A program made the translations under genes and the position numbers. Below the pieces are notes generated by a model. It was not told where the DNA came from. It made no database searches and worked only from the letters and a program-made list of their open reading frames with translations. This document shows, piece after piece, positions 9,700 to 19,027 of a stretch of DNA of 64,000 nucleotides (position 1 is its first letter; each line of letters starts with the position of its first letter). Source of the DNA: a bacterium (GTDB lineage Bacteria > Patescibacteriota > Minisyncoccia > Phycocordibacterales > UBA2100); contig RFQR01000002.1 of the NCBI GenBank assembly GCA_009924895.1, positions 1,368 through 65,367 of the forward strand, written 5' to 3'.

Positions 9700-10326
9700 C
9701 TAGTGGTTCGTTTTTTCCGGCCTATATTTCTTCGCCACAGGGGCGTTGTCGGCAGCACGCCAGAGGTACCAGCTCGCAGCGCTTGCGTATTCTCGCCACG
9801 GTTTTGCGAAGCGTTCTATGGCTTTCGGTGATGGAAGAGTCTTTATGCCGTATACAATCTGAAATCCTTTGCGAATACCTAAATCGCCTGTGGGGAGTAC
9901 GTCAGGCCTGCCAAGAGTGAAGATAAGGAGCATGTGCACGGTCCAGACACCCACACCTTTTACTTGGGCAAGGTATTCCACCAATTCATCGCTACTCATT
10001 TTTGTAATTTTCTTCACATCAATGGTGCCGTCAGAAAACTTCTGTGCAAGGTCAGTAATGTAGGTTGCCTTCTGTCCCGAGAGCCCAGCAGAGCGCAGTA
10101 CTTCAAATGGTGTGTCGAGTACGTCCTGCGGTTCGGGAAATTTTTTGTCAGGAAAGAGCGCCGTAAATTTTGCAAAAATTGATACCGCCGCCTTTCCTGA
10201 AACTTGCTGAGAAATGATAGAGCGGCAGAGCGCCTGGAAGATGTTTTTACCACGACGCAGCTGTGGGGGACCATGCTTTTTTATCAGGGGCGCAAATTCT
10301 TTATGTTTAGCGAGCGGGTGGATCAT
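9700..10326 (-). CDS. DNA-3-methyladenine glycosylase (AlkA/HhH-GPD family)
   Basis: IISQQVS, VKGVGVWT HhH motif, LPTGDLG, WYLW; start moved to avoid overlap. Confidence 0.9.
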   Translation of the reverse strand: MIHPLAKHKEFAPLIKKHGPPQLRRGKNIFQALCRSIISQQVSGKAAVSIFAKFTALFPDKKFPEPQDVLDTPFEVLRSAGLSGQKATYITDLAQKFSDGTIDVKKITKMSSDELVEYLAQVKGVGVWTVHMLLIFTLGRPDVLPTGDLGIRKGFQIVYGIKTLPSPKAIERFAKPWREYASAASWYLWRAADNAPVAKKYRPEKTNH

Positions 10327-10333
10327 CGCCACA

Positions 10334-11119
10334 CTATGCCTCATTTCGTGCAAATTGTCCCGAATCGCGCGAAGCATCATACATACTTACGAAGAGTTTT
10401 GACGCAATAACACAGTAGACACAATTTTGAACAAATGCGATTCCGAAGAGTGTCCAGTCTACATTTCCGGTCGTGAGCGCAGTGCGGACGGCTTCAAATA
10501 CAAATGTGGGGGAGAACAAAATTGAAACCCACTGAACGTAGACCGGTAGTACTGAGAGTGGATAGAACGCCGCGACAAGTGGCTGAATGAGGCCAACTAA
10601 ACTCCATGAGACCGCCTGGATACGAGTACCATATTTCCAAATGAGGCCAAGAAGCGTAATACCAAGTGCATAGGCAAACAGTACAAAATTCGCGAACGCA
10701 AGAACAAGAGGAAGTATTCCCACGCTGAGCAGGTTGAAATGGAATACATACACACACAGTACTGCGTTGATTGTCAGCACTAACAGTGACTTCACTATTC
10801 CTGAAATAGTGTGCGCAAGAATGTATTCATTGAGTTGAAGCGGGGCAATAAAAAGGTTTGCCAAATTGCGTGACCAGATGTTCCACAATGACCCGAGTGT
10901 GACTGAATACTGCACAATCCAAATGATTCCCCACAGGAGCATGCCAGTGATAACGAATTGTGCAGCGGCGGGGTTTTCTTTACTGAGATACACTGAAATA
11001 AAACCAAACACGAGAATGTTGGTAAATGGAAAGACGATGATGTCGGCGATAACCTCGTATGAACGGCGAAGGACAAAGAGCTCTTGCCAAAGAATTGCAC
11101 GGACGCGACGGAAGTTCAT
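10334..11119 (-). CDS. ABC-2 type transporter permease
   Basis: Multi-TM, FYPLSVLP motif, overlaps ATPase stop. Confidence 0.85.
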   Translation of the reverse strand: MNFRRVRAILWQELFVLRRSYEVIADIIVFPFTNILVFGFISVYLSKENPAAAQFVITGMLLWGIIWIVQYSVTLGSLWNIWSRNLANLFIAPLQLNEYILAHTISGIVKSLLVLTINAVLCVYVFHFNLLSVGILPLVLAFANFVLFAYALGITLLGLIWKYGTRIQAVSWSLVGLIQPLVAAFYPLSVLPVYVQWVSILFSPTFVFEAVRTALTTGNVDWTLFGIAFVQNCVYCVIASKLFVSMYDASRDSGQFARNEA

Positions 11120-12054
11120 ATGGTTGACGCTTTAGGTGCTCCTTTATCTGGGCGAGCTATCTGTAAAAAGACGTCTTCAAGCGTTGGCTTCTTTATTTCA
11201 ATGTCAGTAATCCAAATGCCAGTCTTACTTAAATCAAACAAAAGCCCAGGGATGTCATGATCGGTTGATTCGACTGCGATAGAAAGAGGTGCTGGAAACG
11301 AGTGATTAAGTTTACGCTCTGTCAGATAAGTGCGAAGTCCAGGTATTTCTTCGCGGAAGGTCACTTGCAGCGTGGCAGCTGAAATACTCTTGGTCAGATT
11401 TTCCGGGGTATCCTGTGCAACAATTTTTCCTCGATCAAGAAAGATTACTTCATCACAAATGCGAGTGATTTCGTTCATGTTGTGACTCGTATAAAGAATT
11501 GAAATGTTCCGCTCTTTTCTGAGTGTTTCGATGGTGCTTAGTGTTTTGTCAGCGATGTCAGGATCGAGTGATGCGGTGGGCTCGTCCATGAGGAGTATCT
11601 CGGGGTCGTTCAAGAGCGCCTTGGCAAGATTCACTCGTGTACGCTGTCCAGCGGAGAGGTCTTTATACAAAATATGCGCGTGTGAACTTATTTCAAATTG
11701 TTCGAGAAGATCCGCAATTTTTTTACGGGAGTGTGGTACCTGATAGAGTTCCGCAAAGGTAAACATGTTCTCCCAGACGGTGATACGACCCATGAGGGTA
11801 TTAAAAGCAGAGGTAGTGTTAATGCGCTGAAGACACTCAATCGGATTTTTCTGGAAATCAATTCCAAAATAGGAAATAGTCCCGCCGTTTTGTTTCGTAA
11901 TTCCTGAGAGCACCTGGATGGTGGTTGTCTTGCCTGCACCGTTGGGTCCAAGAAAGCCAACAATCTTGCCTCGAGGAACGCTAAAAGAAATGCCGTCAAC
12001 GGCGCGAAAATCACCATACGTTTTGACCAGATTTTTCACCTCAAGTACAGGCAT
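11116..12054 (-). CDS. ABC transporter ATP-binding protein
   Basis: GPNGAGKTT, LSAGQ, DEPT; start MPVLEV. Confidence 0.9.
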   Translation of the reverse strand: MPVLEVKNLVKTYGDFRAVDGISFSVPRGKIVGFLGPNGAGKTTTIQVLSGITKQNGGTISYFGIDFQKNPIECLQRINTTSAFNTLMGRITVWENMFTFAELYQVPHSRKKIADLLEQFEISSHAHILYKDLSAGQRTRVNLAKALLNDPEILLMDEPTASLDPDIADKTLSTIETLRKERNISILYTSHNMNEITRICDEVIFLDRGKIVAQDTPENLTKSISAATLQVTFREEIPGLRTYLTERKLNHSFPAPLSIAVESTDHDIPGLLFDLSKTGIWITDIEIKKPTLEDVFLQIARPDKGAPKASTI

Positions 12055-12077
12055 GCCGTGTATGGTAGCATGAAGAC

Positions 12078-12383
12078 ATGTACGAAAAACAAATTGACGC
12101 AGCACAAGGAACGCCATTTCAGAAAAAGGTGTGGCACGAACTATGCCGTATCAAAAAAGGTGAGGTGATGACCTACACCGAACTTGCGCGGCGCATCGGC
12201 AAGCCGCGAGCGATAAGGGCAGCTGCTAATGCAGTAGGGGTAAACCCGTTTGCGCCGCAGGTACCGTGTCACCGTGTTGTACGAAGTGACGGTAAGCTTG
12301 GTGGGTATTCTGCAAAAGGAGGTATTGCTACAAAACTGAAACTTTTGAAACAGGAAAAGGTGGATGTGACAAAATTTCGCTAA
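12078..12383 (+). CDS. MGMT/Ogt-family methylated-DNA--protein-cysteine methyltransferase (C-terminal domain only)
   Basis: PCHRVV active site, RAAANA. Confidence 0.88.
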   Translation: MYEKQIDAAQGTPFQKKVWHELCRIKKGEVMTYTELARRIGKPRAIRAAANAVGVNPFAPQVPCHRVVRSDGKLGGYSAKGGIATKLKLLKQEKVDVTKFR

Positions 12384-12385
12384 CT

Positions 12386-12751
12386 ATGGAGGCTGAAAAA
12401 GTGTCAGTGTACTACGATACAAAATGCTCGATGTGCACTGTTTTTGTGAGCGCGGTAGAGCGATCGTCAGTTGGCCACAAGTGCGACATGAAAGATATGT
12501 GGACTCAGTTGCCAGAGACTCTCAGTCAAGAGGCGGTTGATCGGGAGATTCATGCGATCGACTCACAGGGAAACGTGTATAAAAATATTGATGCAATACT
12601 TCATGTCATCTCTCTGAACCCGCGATGGCGTTTTCTCGCTAATATCGGTGCGTTACCAGGCATTCATTTTGTCTTAACGCACATATACTTGTTTGTTGCA
12701 AAACACAGACATCTCTTTTCACGCTTCTTCGTACTTCCGAAAGTACACTAA
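12386..12751 (+). CDS. DCC1-like thiol-disulfide oxidoreductase (DUF393)
   Basis: N-terminal YDxxCxxC, YLFVAKHR. Confidence 0.8.
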   Translation: MEAEKVSVYYDTKCSMCTVFVSAVERSSVGHKCDMKDMWTQLPETLSQEAVDREIHAIDSQGNVYKNIDAILHVISLNPRWRFLANIGALPGIHFVLTHIYLFVAKHRHLFSRFFVLPKVH

Positions 12752-12757
12752 AATAGT

Positions 12758-13198
12758 ATGCACTATCTCCACACCATGGTTCGTGTCACAGACTTGGAAA
12801 AGGCACTCAGTTTCTATGGCGAGATTCTAGGACTTGTTGAGGTGGCGCGTCGAGACGACGAAAAGGGTAGATACACCAACGTCTTTTTGAGGGCGCCGGG
12901 AGATGAGGTAGATATGAACGGAAAGCGCGCTCCGCTTCTTGAACTTACCTATAATTGGGATACAGAAGAGTATGGTGGAGGGCGCAATTTTGGACACCTC
13001 GCCTATGCGGTCGAGAATATTTATGAGTACTGCGAGCGGCTGCAGAAAGCGGGAATTATGATTAATCGTCCGCCGCGCGATGGCAGGATGGCGTTCATCC
13101 GCTCACCTGAGGGCATTTCAATTGAATTGTTACAAATTGGTTCTCCTCTCCCGATACAAGAGCCATGGGTTTCAATGGGGAATACAGGTACGTGGTGA
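12758..13198 (+). CDS. gloA: Lactoylglutathione lyase (glyoxalase I, VOC family)
   Basis: [26 protein letters not shown]. Confidence 0.88.
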   Translation: MHYLHTMVRVTDLEKALSFYGEILGLVEVARRDDEKGRYTNVFLRAPGDEVDMNGKRAPLLELTYNWDTEEYGGGRNFGHLAYAVENIYEYCERLQKAGIMINRPPRDGRMAFIRSPEGISIELLQIGSPLPIQEPWVSMGNTGTW

Positions 13199-13265
13199 CC
13201 CTTGTAAAATAACATAAAATGTTGTATAAAATATACAGAATCTGACGTAAACAAGGAGCATCACA

Positions 13266-14039
13266 ATGCAGATGCAAGAAGAAAGTCCTGAGGCAGTTAC
13301 GCTCTCGCGGCCAACAAAGCTGCGCCGCGCATTTACCGCCCTGGGAGAAGAGCGATTTCTTGCAGAGCTCATTCCTCTCAAAGATCGTGCGGCATACCAT
13401 CATGCGCTCACGATTGACGGGGTGAGCTCCAATGGACGAGCAAAAATCATAACCGCGCTCAAAGAGCGGCAGTATGAGGGCCCAATCAGGTTTCTCATGG
13501 TACTCCTCGTATTTGCGAGCACGGGGCTCTTCGCGATTGCGCTCAATCTACCGTTTTTCCAGGTTGAGAAGTTCTGGCTGTTCAAAAACAACGTCTCGGT
13601 GATCGACGGTCTCGGTGAGCTCTGGAGTGGAGGCGAGTACTTCTTGTTCTTCGCGATTCTCATCTTTACGATCGTTTTTCCGATTGCAAAGCTGGTCGTA
13701 CTCCTGTATGCGGCGACTATGTACGAGTACATCGGAAAGAAAGGGAAAAGTATGGTATGGGCGGTGGGAGAGCTCGGAAGGTTTTCGATGCTCGATGTAT
13801 TCATCGTCACCATTCTTGTGGTCTTGGTGAAAGCGAGCGCAATCGTGACTATCCATATTGGCGTCGGTATCTACGTCTTTACGGGCGCCGTAGTCTGCAT
13901 GCAGCTTATGTCGCTGTACTTGCAACATGTGCTCGACAAGTGCACTGAAGACATACACAAGCGCAGCAAAGAGATTGACCGCGTGTTGGAAGATGTGGAG
14001 CTTGAGCCCCACGAAAGGGCACTGCTTCTTGCAGCATGA
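13266..14039 (+). CDS. Paraquat-inducible protein A family membrane protein
   Basis: FTIVFPIAK and GRFSMLDVF motifs of PqiA. Confidence 0.8.
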   Translation: MQMQEESPEAVTLSRPTKLRRAFTALGEERFLAELIPLKDRAAYHHALTIDGVSSNGRAKIITALKERQYEGPIRFLMVLLVFASTGLFAIALNLPFFQVEKFWLFKNNVSVIDGLGELWSGGEYFLFFAILIFTIVFPIAKLVVLLYAATMYEYIGKKGKSMVWAVGELGRFSMLDVFIVTILVVLVKASAIVTIHIGVGIYVFTGAVVCMQLMSLYLQHVLDKCTEDIHKRSKEIDRVLEDVELEPHERALLLAA

Positions 14040-14046
14040 GAACGTG

Positions 14047-14078
14047 AGCCGCCGAAACCCACGGGTTTCGGCGGCTTT
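14047..14078 (+). terminator. Intrinsic terminator
   Basis: AGCCGCCGAAACCC-AC-GGGTTTCGGCGGCT followed by Ts. Confidence 0.7.
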
Positions 14079-14132
14079 GTATTTCGCTGAGTGTTTGGTA
14101 GGGTGAGGTGAGAAGCAAGCAAGAGGTGTGCT

Positions 14133-14465
14133 ATGAAAGAAAAACAAATCGAGTGGTTTGTCGAAGCGCTTTCGCCAGAAGCAAATGAGATGATTGCGAT
14201 GTTTTTGGCGACACAGTCATTGTGCAGTGAAGCATCTATCTCACAGATACTGTGTGTAGATGGTATATCGCGCAATTTGTGGCGGATTGACTCGTACCAT
14301 ATCAATCAGTTTCGCAGAGCACGTCGCAGCTTTAAGAAGGCAGATCTGCGCTTTTTTAAGCGTGAAAGGAGTTTCGGGCCGGTGCGTGAAGCGTCGTTCT
14401 TTACCCGCACACGTGCGTCAAAAAAGCGCAATGAGGCAGACGAATTTGTGCGCTCTCATGAGTAA
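14133..14465 (+). CDS. Hypothetical basic protein
   Basis: 110 aa ORF with GAGGTG upstream and a hairpin downstream. Confidence 0.55.
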   Translation: MKEKQIEWFVEALSPEANEMIAMFLATQSLCSEASISQILCVDGISRNLWRIDSYHINQFRRARRSFKKADLRFFKRERSFGPVREASFFTRTRASKKRNEADEFVRSHE

Positions 14466-14492
14466 CTATGCGGGCGGCCTTATGGCCGCCCG

Positions 14493-15221
14493 CTACGCTT
14501 TACTCTCGGAGTCAGAATAGCTAAAATGATATTCAACAATTGGTTTTGTAATCGGTCCAACAAAAGTTCTATAGGCGGTCACTTTTGCATACTTGTAGGC
14601 GAGGCCCCATCGACCCTCTTTTTCCAATCTTCGTACTGAAAAATCGACATGATGAGGTAGTACATCATACGAACCGTGCTGGGCACACGAGCGAACAAAA
14701 TCATGATCTTCGCTCATGTGTACCTGTTCAGGGTAGCCACCAGATTTCTCAAATACGGTACGGGTAACCACGATACACATAGAACCACTTGGATTAAAGC
14801 GCTTGGTCGCCTTCATAATCATGTTGCTTGTTGCGACAAACGCCCTGTCGATTAACCGCGTGCTTCGCGGGCGCAGGGTTGCTGCCGCGACATCAATGCG
14901 GCGCTTGCGCATGTAGGCTGAGACGTCGCGCAAAAATGTTTTAGAAGGAAACGTAACATCCGCGTCAACAAAAAATATGAGGTCACCACGCGAATTCTTT
15001 GCTGCGTTATTTCTCCCTACCGCTGGCAGTCCACCCGGGACAATAAGGACCCGATGGAAGTGTTTTTCGTACGAACGTACGACCTCACGAGTTTTATCAC
15101 TTGAGTTTGCATCGGCAACAACAACTTCAATAGGCTCATCCACTGTTTGCAGAAGGAGTGACTTCAGCATGTTTTCGATATGAAACTCCTCGTTCAGAGT
15201 TGGAATTGCAATCGAAAGCAT
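14493..15221 (-). CDS. Glycosyltransferase family 2
   Basis: IPTLNEE, VADANSSD, FVDAD, EDHDF. Confidence 0.9.
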   Translation of the reverse strand: MLSIAIPTLNEEFHIENMLKSLLLQTVDEPIEVVVADANSSDKTREVVRSYEKHFHRVLIVPGGLPAVGRNNAAKNSRGDLIFFVDADVTFPSKTFLRDVSAYMRKRRIDVAAATLRPRSTRLIDRAFVATSNMIMKATKRFNPSGSMCIVVTRTVFEKSGGYPEQVHMSEDHDFVRSCAQHGSYDVLPHHVDFSVRRLEKEGRWGLAYKYAKVTAYRTFVGPITKPIVEYHFSYSDSESKA

Positions 15222-15418
15222 AACGTCTCTTGATTATATCACTTGAGCAATACCGATAAAACGTTGTGTGGAGAGGGGAGATTGCCCAAGAACATTTTTA
15301 CATGTCGCTGAAAGTCAAAAATTTCCCGGGTTCTGCATAAGTGTACCCTTACCCGCCTCAGCGCCGCCGCGCTTGCGGCTTTCGAATCCCCCCGTTTTGC
15401 AAAAGCAAAAATCACCGC

Positions 15419-15997
15419 TTAGAAAACACGTTCTATTACGGGTCATTTGAATACCCGAGAGAAAGCGGTATCTGGTATAAGGGCAAACATAAGCCGATCA
15501 TCACCAAAGAGCTGTTTGATTTAGTCCAAGAGCAGGTAAAGAACTCACAACTGGTCCGCAAGGAGAATATCGAATTTGCCTTTACTAAAATCATGAAATG
15601 CGGTCTATGTGGCTCCGGTGTATCGGCAACCGAAAAGTTTAAAAAGCAGAAGAATGGACCTCCAAAGCGGCATGTCTACTATGGCTGTACCAAAGCAAGA
15701 GACAAGAACTGTAAGTGCGGCTACATCAGCGAAACTGAGCTAATAGACCAGTTGCAAAATCTGGCCGACAAGCTTGATCTCAAAAAGACGCCTATGCAAA
15801 ACAAAATTAAGGCCGAGATAAGAAGGTTTAAGAAGTTTCAGGGAATGGTTACAGGCAAATCCGACAGTATCGAGGTCAGTGACGTAGATGTTCAGAACTA
15901 TGCAAAGTTTTTACTCAAAGAGGGTGATGATCGTGAGAAACGAGACCTGCTTAGTTGTCTGAATGGGGAGCTTTTCCTAAGTGGTAAGACCATTGCT
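15419..15997 (+). pseudogene. Truncated large serine recombinase (recombinase end and Zn-ribbon; no catalytic domain)
   Basis: FYYG..YKGKHKPIITKELFDLVQ, CGLCG, YYGCT match the intact LSR at 22863; no YARxS N-terminus; 3' end runs into znuB antisense. Confidence 0.8.
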
Positions 15998-16822
15998 TTA
16001 CACAGTAAATCGACTATTTATCCAAGAAAACTTCCTGAACGAGAAAATTATCGCAAAGAGAGCAAGCATGATGAGAACGATTGTTCCGCCGGTCGAGAGA
16101 TTAAGATAAAACGAGACAAAGATTCCTGAGATAACCGAAAATAGAGATATTACCTCCGCGAAGAGAATGGTGCGAGAGAAGCTCGTTCGAAGCTGAAGAG
16201 CTGCCACGACTGGTATAACAATAAGAGCAGCAATGAGTAGTACCCCCACAACAGGAATAGAAAGTGCGATGGTAAGCGCTGATAATACAATGAGTATTTT
16301 GTTTATGCGGTCAACGGGAATTCCTGATACACGCGCCGATTCTTCATCAAAACTGATATAGATCAGTTCCTTATAGAGAGCAAAAATGGACACTACAACC
16401 ATAAGTGCAAGTCCTGCAATTACATACACGTCTCCCTGTGTTACCGTGACGATACTACCGAAAAGATAATTGAACAGATTACTATTAAAACCCTTCCCGA
16501 GACTGAGCAGTATGGTGGCAAGCGCGAGGGCGCCAGAAAGAAAAAGTGCGAGTGCCGATTCACCATATATGCGATTTGAAGTTCTGAGCCTCTCAATACC
16601 CAATGAGGAGGCGACCGACACACCTACAGCGGTCCACATCGGATTAATACCAAGTAGAAATCCGAGCGCTACACCGGCAAGCGAAATATGCGAGAGCGTG
16701 TCGGCTATCAACGAGTAGCGCCGCAGCACGAGAAATATGCCGATGAGCGGCGCAACGAAACCGACAATGAGTCCCGCCTCAATGCCTCGAACAACAAAGC
16801 CGTACTGGAAAATCTCTAGCAT
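15998..16822 (-). CDS. znuB: Zn/Mn ABC transporter permease
   Basis: DTLSHISLAG, YLFGSI, SFDEESA. Confidence 0.88.
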   Translation of the reverse strand: MLEIFQYGFVVRGIEAGLIVGFVAPLIGIFLVLRRYSLIADTLSHISLAGVALGFLLGINPMWTAVGVSVASSLGIERLRTSNRIYGESALALFLSGALALATILLSLGKGFNSNLFNYLFGSIVTVTQGDVYVIAGLALMVVVSIFALYKELIYISFDEESARVSGIPVDRINKILIVLSALTIALSIPVVGVLLIAALIVIPVVAALQLRTSFSRTILFAEVISLFSVISGIFVSFYLNLSTGGTIVLIMLALFAIIFSFRKFSWINSRFTV

Positions 16823-16825
16823 AGA

Positions 16826-17566
16826 TTATGTATGTGGATGAGGAATGATATGTGTGTGTTTGAAATAGTCGTCAACCGAAGCATGATAAAAGAGGGTGCG
16901 ATCAATACACGCAACATGCATGGCTTCGTGTCCCACTTTCTCTATATCATGCGTAATAAGTACAACCGTAAGCCCCATTCTCTCGTTCATCTTTCTGAGA
17001 AGCGCATAGAATTCATCCCGAACATGCGTCTCAACACCAACAGTGGGCTCATCAAGGAATACGATCTCGGGCTTACCTGCGAGTGCGCGCGCAATGAATA
17101 TGCGCTGTTGTTGCCCACCCGACAAGTCACCAATCTGTCTGTCCCGATATTCCCACATGCCGACCTGTTCCAGTGACTCCTGAACAGCATCATGATCTTC
17201 CTGTATAACGCGCCGCAAAATACCACGACGACCGAAACGACCCATGAGGACTACTTCGCGCACCGTAGCCGGGAAGTTTGTATCAAAGTTCGTGGCTTTC
17301 TGCGGCACGTAGGCAATCTTCGGCCAATCCCTGAATGAGCGGATGTCTTGACCGAAGAGGCGGACTGAGCCGTCTTGAATCGGCAACAAGCCGAGGATGA
17401 TCTTAAGGAGTGTCGATTTACCTGCACCATTACCGCCCACGATCGCAAGATAATCGCCTCGATGAATCGACAATTGTATGTCGCGCAGGACCCTAGTCTC
17501 TCCATACGAATAAGAAAGGTCGCGTATCTCAATAATATTCTCACTATGGTCAGGATTGGTCATCAT
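16826..17566 (-). CDS. znuC: Zn/Mn ABC transporter ATPase
   Basis: GGNGAGKST, YVPQ, LSGGQQQR, His-rich tail. Confidence 0.88.
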   Translation of the reverse strand: MMTNPDHSENIIEIRDLSYSYGETRVLRDIQLSIHRGDYLAIVGGNGAGKSTLLKIILGLLPIQDGSVRLFGQDIRSFRDWPKIAYVPQKATNFDTNFPATVREVVLMGRFGRRGILRRVIQEDHDAVQESLEQVGMWEYRDRQIGDLSGGQQQRIFIARALAGKPEIVFLDEPTVGVETHVRDEFYALLRKMNERMGLTVVLITHDIEKVGHEAMHVACIDRTLFYHASVDDYFKHTHIIPHPHT

Positions 17567-18477
17567 TTGCATTCAAGCGTAACACGGAGGTGTGCGAGAT
17601 TATCACGCATGACAGTCAGGTAATTTTTCCCTGCGGCAAGGTCATCCTCGGTCAGACCTTCGATCGGATCGAGTACCATGGTTTGAGCGCCTACTTCCGA
17701 TGCAATAGTCTGCGAGAGCTTCGGCGATACGAGACTCTCGAAGAAAATATATTTCACGTCGTTCTTTTTGGCGAACGTTGCGATATCAGCGAGCTGCTTC
17801 GGAGAAGGCTCTGCGTCTGGCGAAAGTCCTGCGATGGAAACCTGATTCAGATGATACGTGGTCGCCAGATATCCGAACGCCGCATGTGAAGTAATAATGA
17901 CCTTCTTGGCACAACTCGCAAGACCAGATCTGTACTCACTATCAAGTTGGTCAAGTTGGGTATTGAGAGCGTTAGCGTTACTCCTGTAGTAGGCCGCGTT
18001 GTCCGGATCAACTTGTTCAAATCCTTTCTCAATCCTCTCAACCATCTGCTTCATCAAAAGCGGTGATTGCCAAACGTGCGGATCAGTCACGGATTTTCCA
18101 TCTTCCACGACTGACTGCGTTTCTAAACCTTGTCCAGCAACAACCACGAGCGTCTTGGATGGATTTAGATTCTTCTGTAAGTCATTTGCCCACGCTTCGA
18201 CACCGCCGTTAACTACGAGCATCTCGCTATTTTCTATAGTCGCCATATCTTGCGCTGTCGGCTCATAGTCATGCGGCTCCGCGTCGGCGGGCGTAATATT
18301 GGTCACCTGAGCTTTATCGCCGCCAATCTGACTAGCAAGAAAATATTCAGGATAGAAACCTGCAGCGACTTTGGTTTTATGCGTCTGAGCCACTGGCGCT
18401 TTGGAGTGGAAAATTGCAAAGGAGATAACTCCGACGACGAGAACTGCTACGACTGCTGCGAACAATTTATTATTCAT
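17563..18477 (-). CDS. znuA: Zn ABC transporter substrate-binding protein (ZnuA/AdcA)
   Basis: EPHDYEP, DPHVW, HAAFGY, LDPIE. Confidence 0.9.
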   Translation of the reverse strand: MNNKLFAAVVAVLVVGVISFAIFHSKAPVAQTHKTKVAAGFYPEYFLASQIGGDKAQVTNITPADAEPHDYEPTAQDMATIENSEMLVVNGGVEAWANDLQKNLNPSKTLVVVAGQGLETQSVVEDGKSVTDPHVWQSPLLMKQMVERIEKGFEQVDPDNAAYYRSNANALNTQLDQLDSEYRSGLASCAKKVIITSHAAFGYLATTYHLNQVSIAGLSPDAEPSPKQLADIATFAKKNDVKYIFFESLVSPKLSQTIASEVGAQTMVLDPIEGLTEDDLAAGKNYLTVMRDNLAHLRVTLECK

Positions 18478-18501
18478 ATGATTAATTTTTTAATTATCTT
18501 A

Positions 18502-18921
18502 TTAAGCGGTTTTTATGCACGAATTACAGAGGCCGAAGAATTCTGCTGTGTGATCAGTAATTATCCTGAACGCAGATGCTTTTGTAAGCTTCGCTTCCTG
18601 AACACGACACTCGGTGTCCTCCACTCTTCCGCAACTAGTGCAGATGATGTGGTGGTGATGTTCCCGCAAAGCGTTCATCTCGTAGTGGGCATGACCATGT
18701 CGAAAATCAACTTCGCGAATGAGCCCAGAAGCCGTGAGTGACTCAAGTGCGCGGTAAAGTGTGACCTCGTCGAATGAAGGATCGAGCTTCTTCTTTAATC
18801 CTGCAACAGAAATAGGTTTATCTTCCTGCCAAAGCACCTTTAATAGGGTGACGCGTCCAGGGGTGGCCTTGCTGCCATATTCACGCAACAGTTCGGCAAA
18901 ATCAGGATTATTGCTTTTCAT
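18502..18921 (-). CDS. zur: Fur-family regulator (likely Zur)
   Basis: TLYRAL, HHHHIICTSCG, GLCNSC; first gene of znu operon. Confidence 0.8.
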   Translation of the reverse strand: MKSNNPDFAELLREYGSKATPGRVTLLKVLWQEDKPISVAGLKKKLDPSFDEVTLYRALESLTASGLIREVDFRHGHAHYEMNALREHHHHIICTSCGRVEDTECRVQEAKLTKASAFRIITDHTAEFFGLCNSCIKTA

Positions 18922-18938
18922 GATGTAACCCTATCACA

Positions 18939-19004
18939 AACGCAATATACTTGCAATTGAACACAATCGCTGGTAGTATTGATAAATGCAAAATTATTGC
19001 ACTT
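18939..19004. promoter_or_regulatory. Two GCAA-N5-TTGC palindromes (candidate Zur boxes)
   Basis: AACGCAATATACTTGCAATT (18939) and AATGCAAAATTATTGCACTT (18985) in the divergent promoter region. Confidence 0.5.
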
Positions 19005-19027
19005 ATAAAATATTCAACAAATTTGAA

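Noticed and set aside
9700-13198. alkA-like, ogt-like and gloA neighbourhood as a novel system
   Set aside because: Ordinary stress/repair genes in mixed orientation; no evidence of a dedicated unit.
15376-15400. TTCGAATCCCCCC T-loop-like motif as a tRNA
   Set aside because: No D-arm, anticodon arm or acceptor pairing; treated as part of an att/module remnant.
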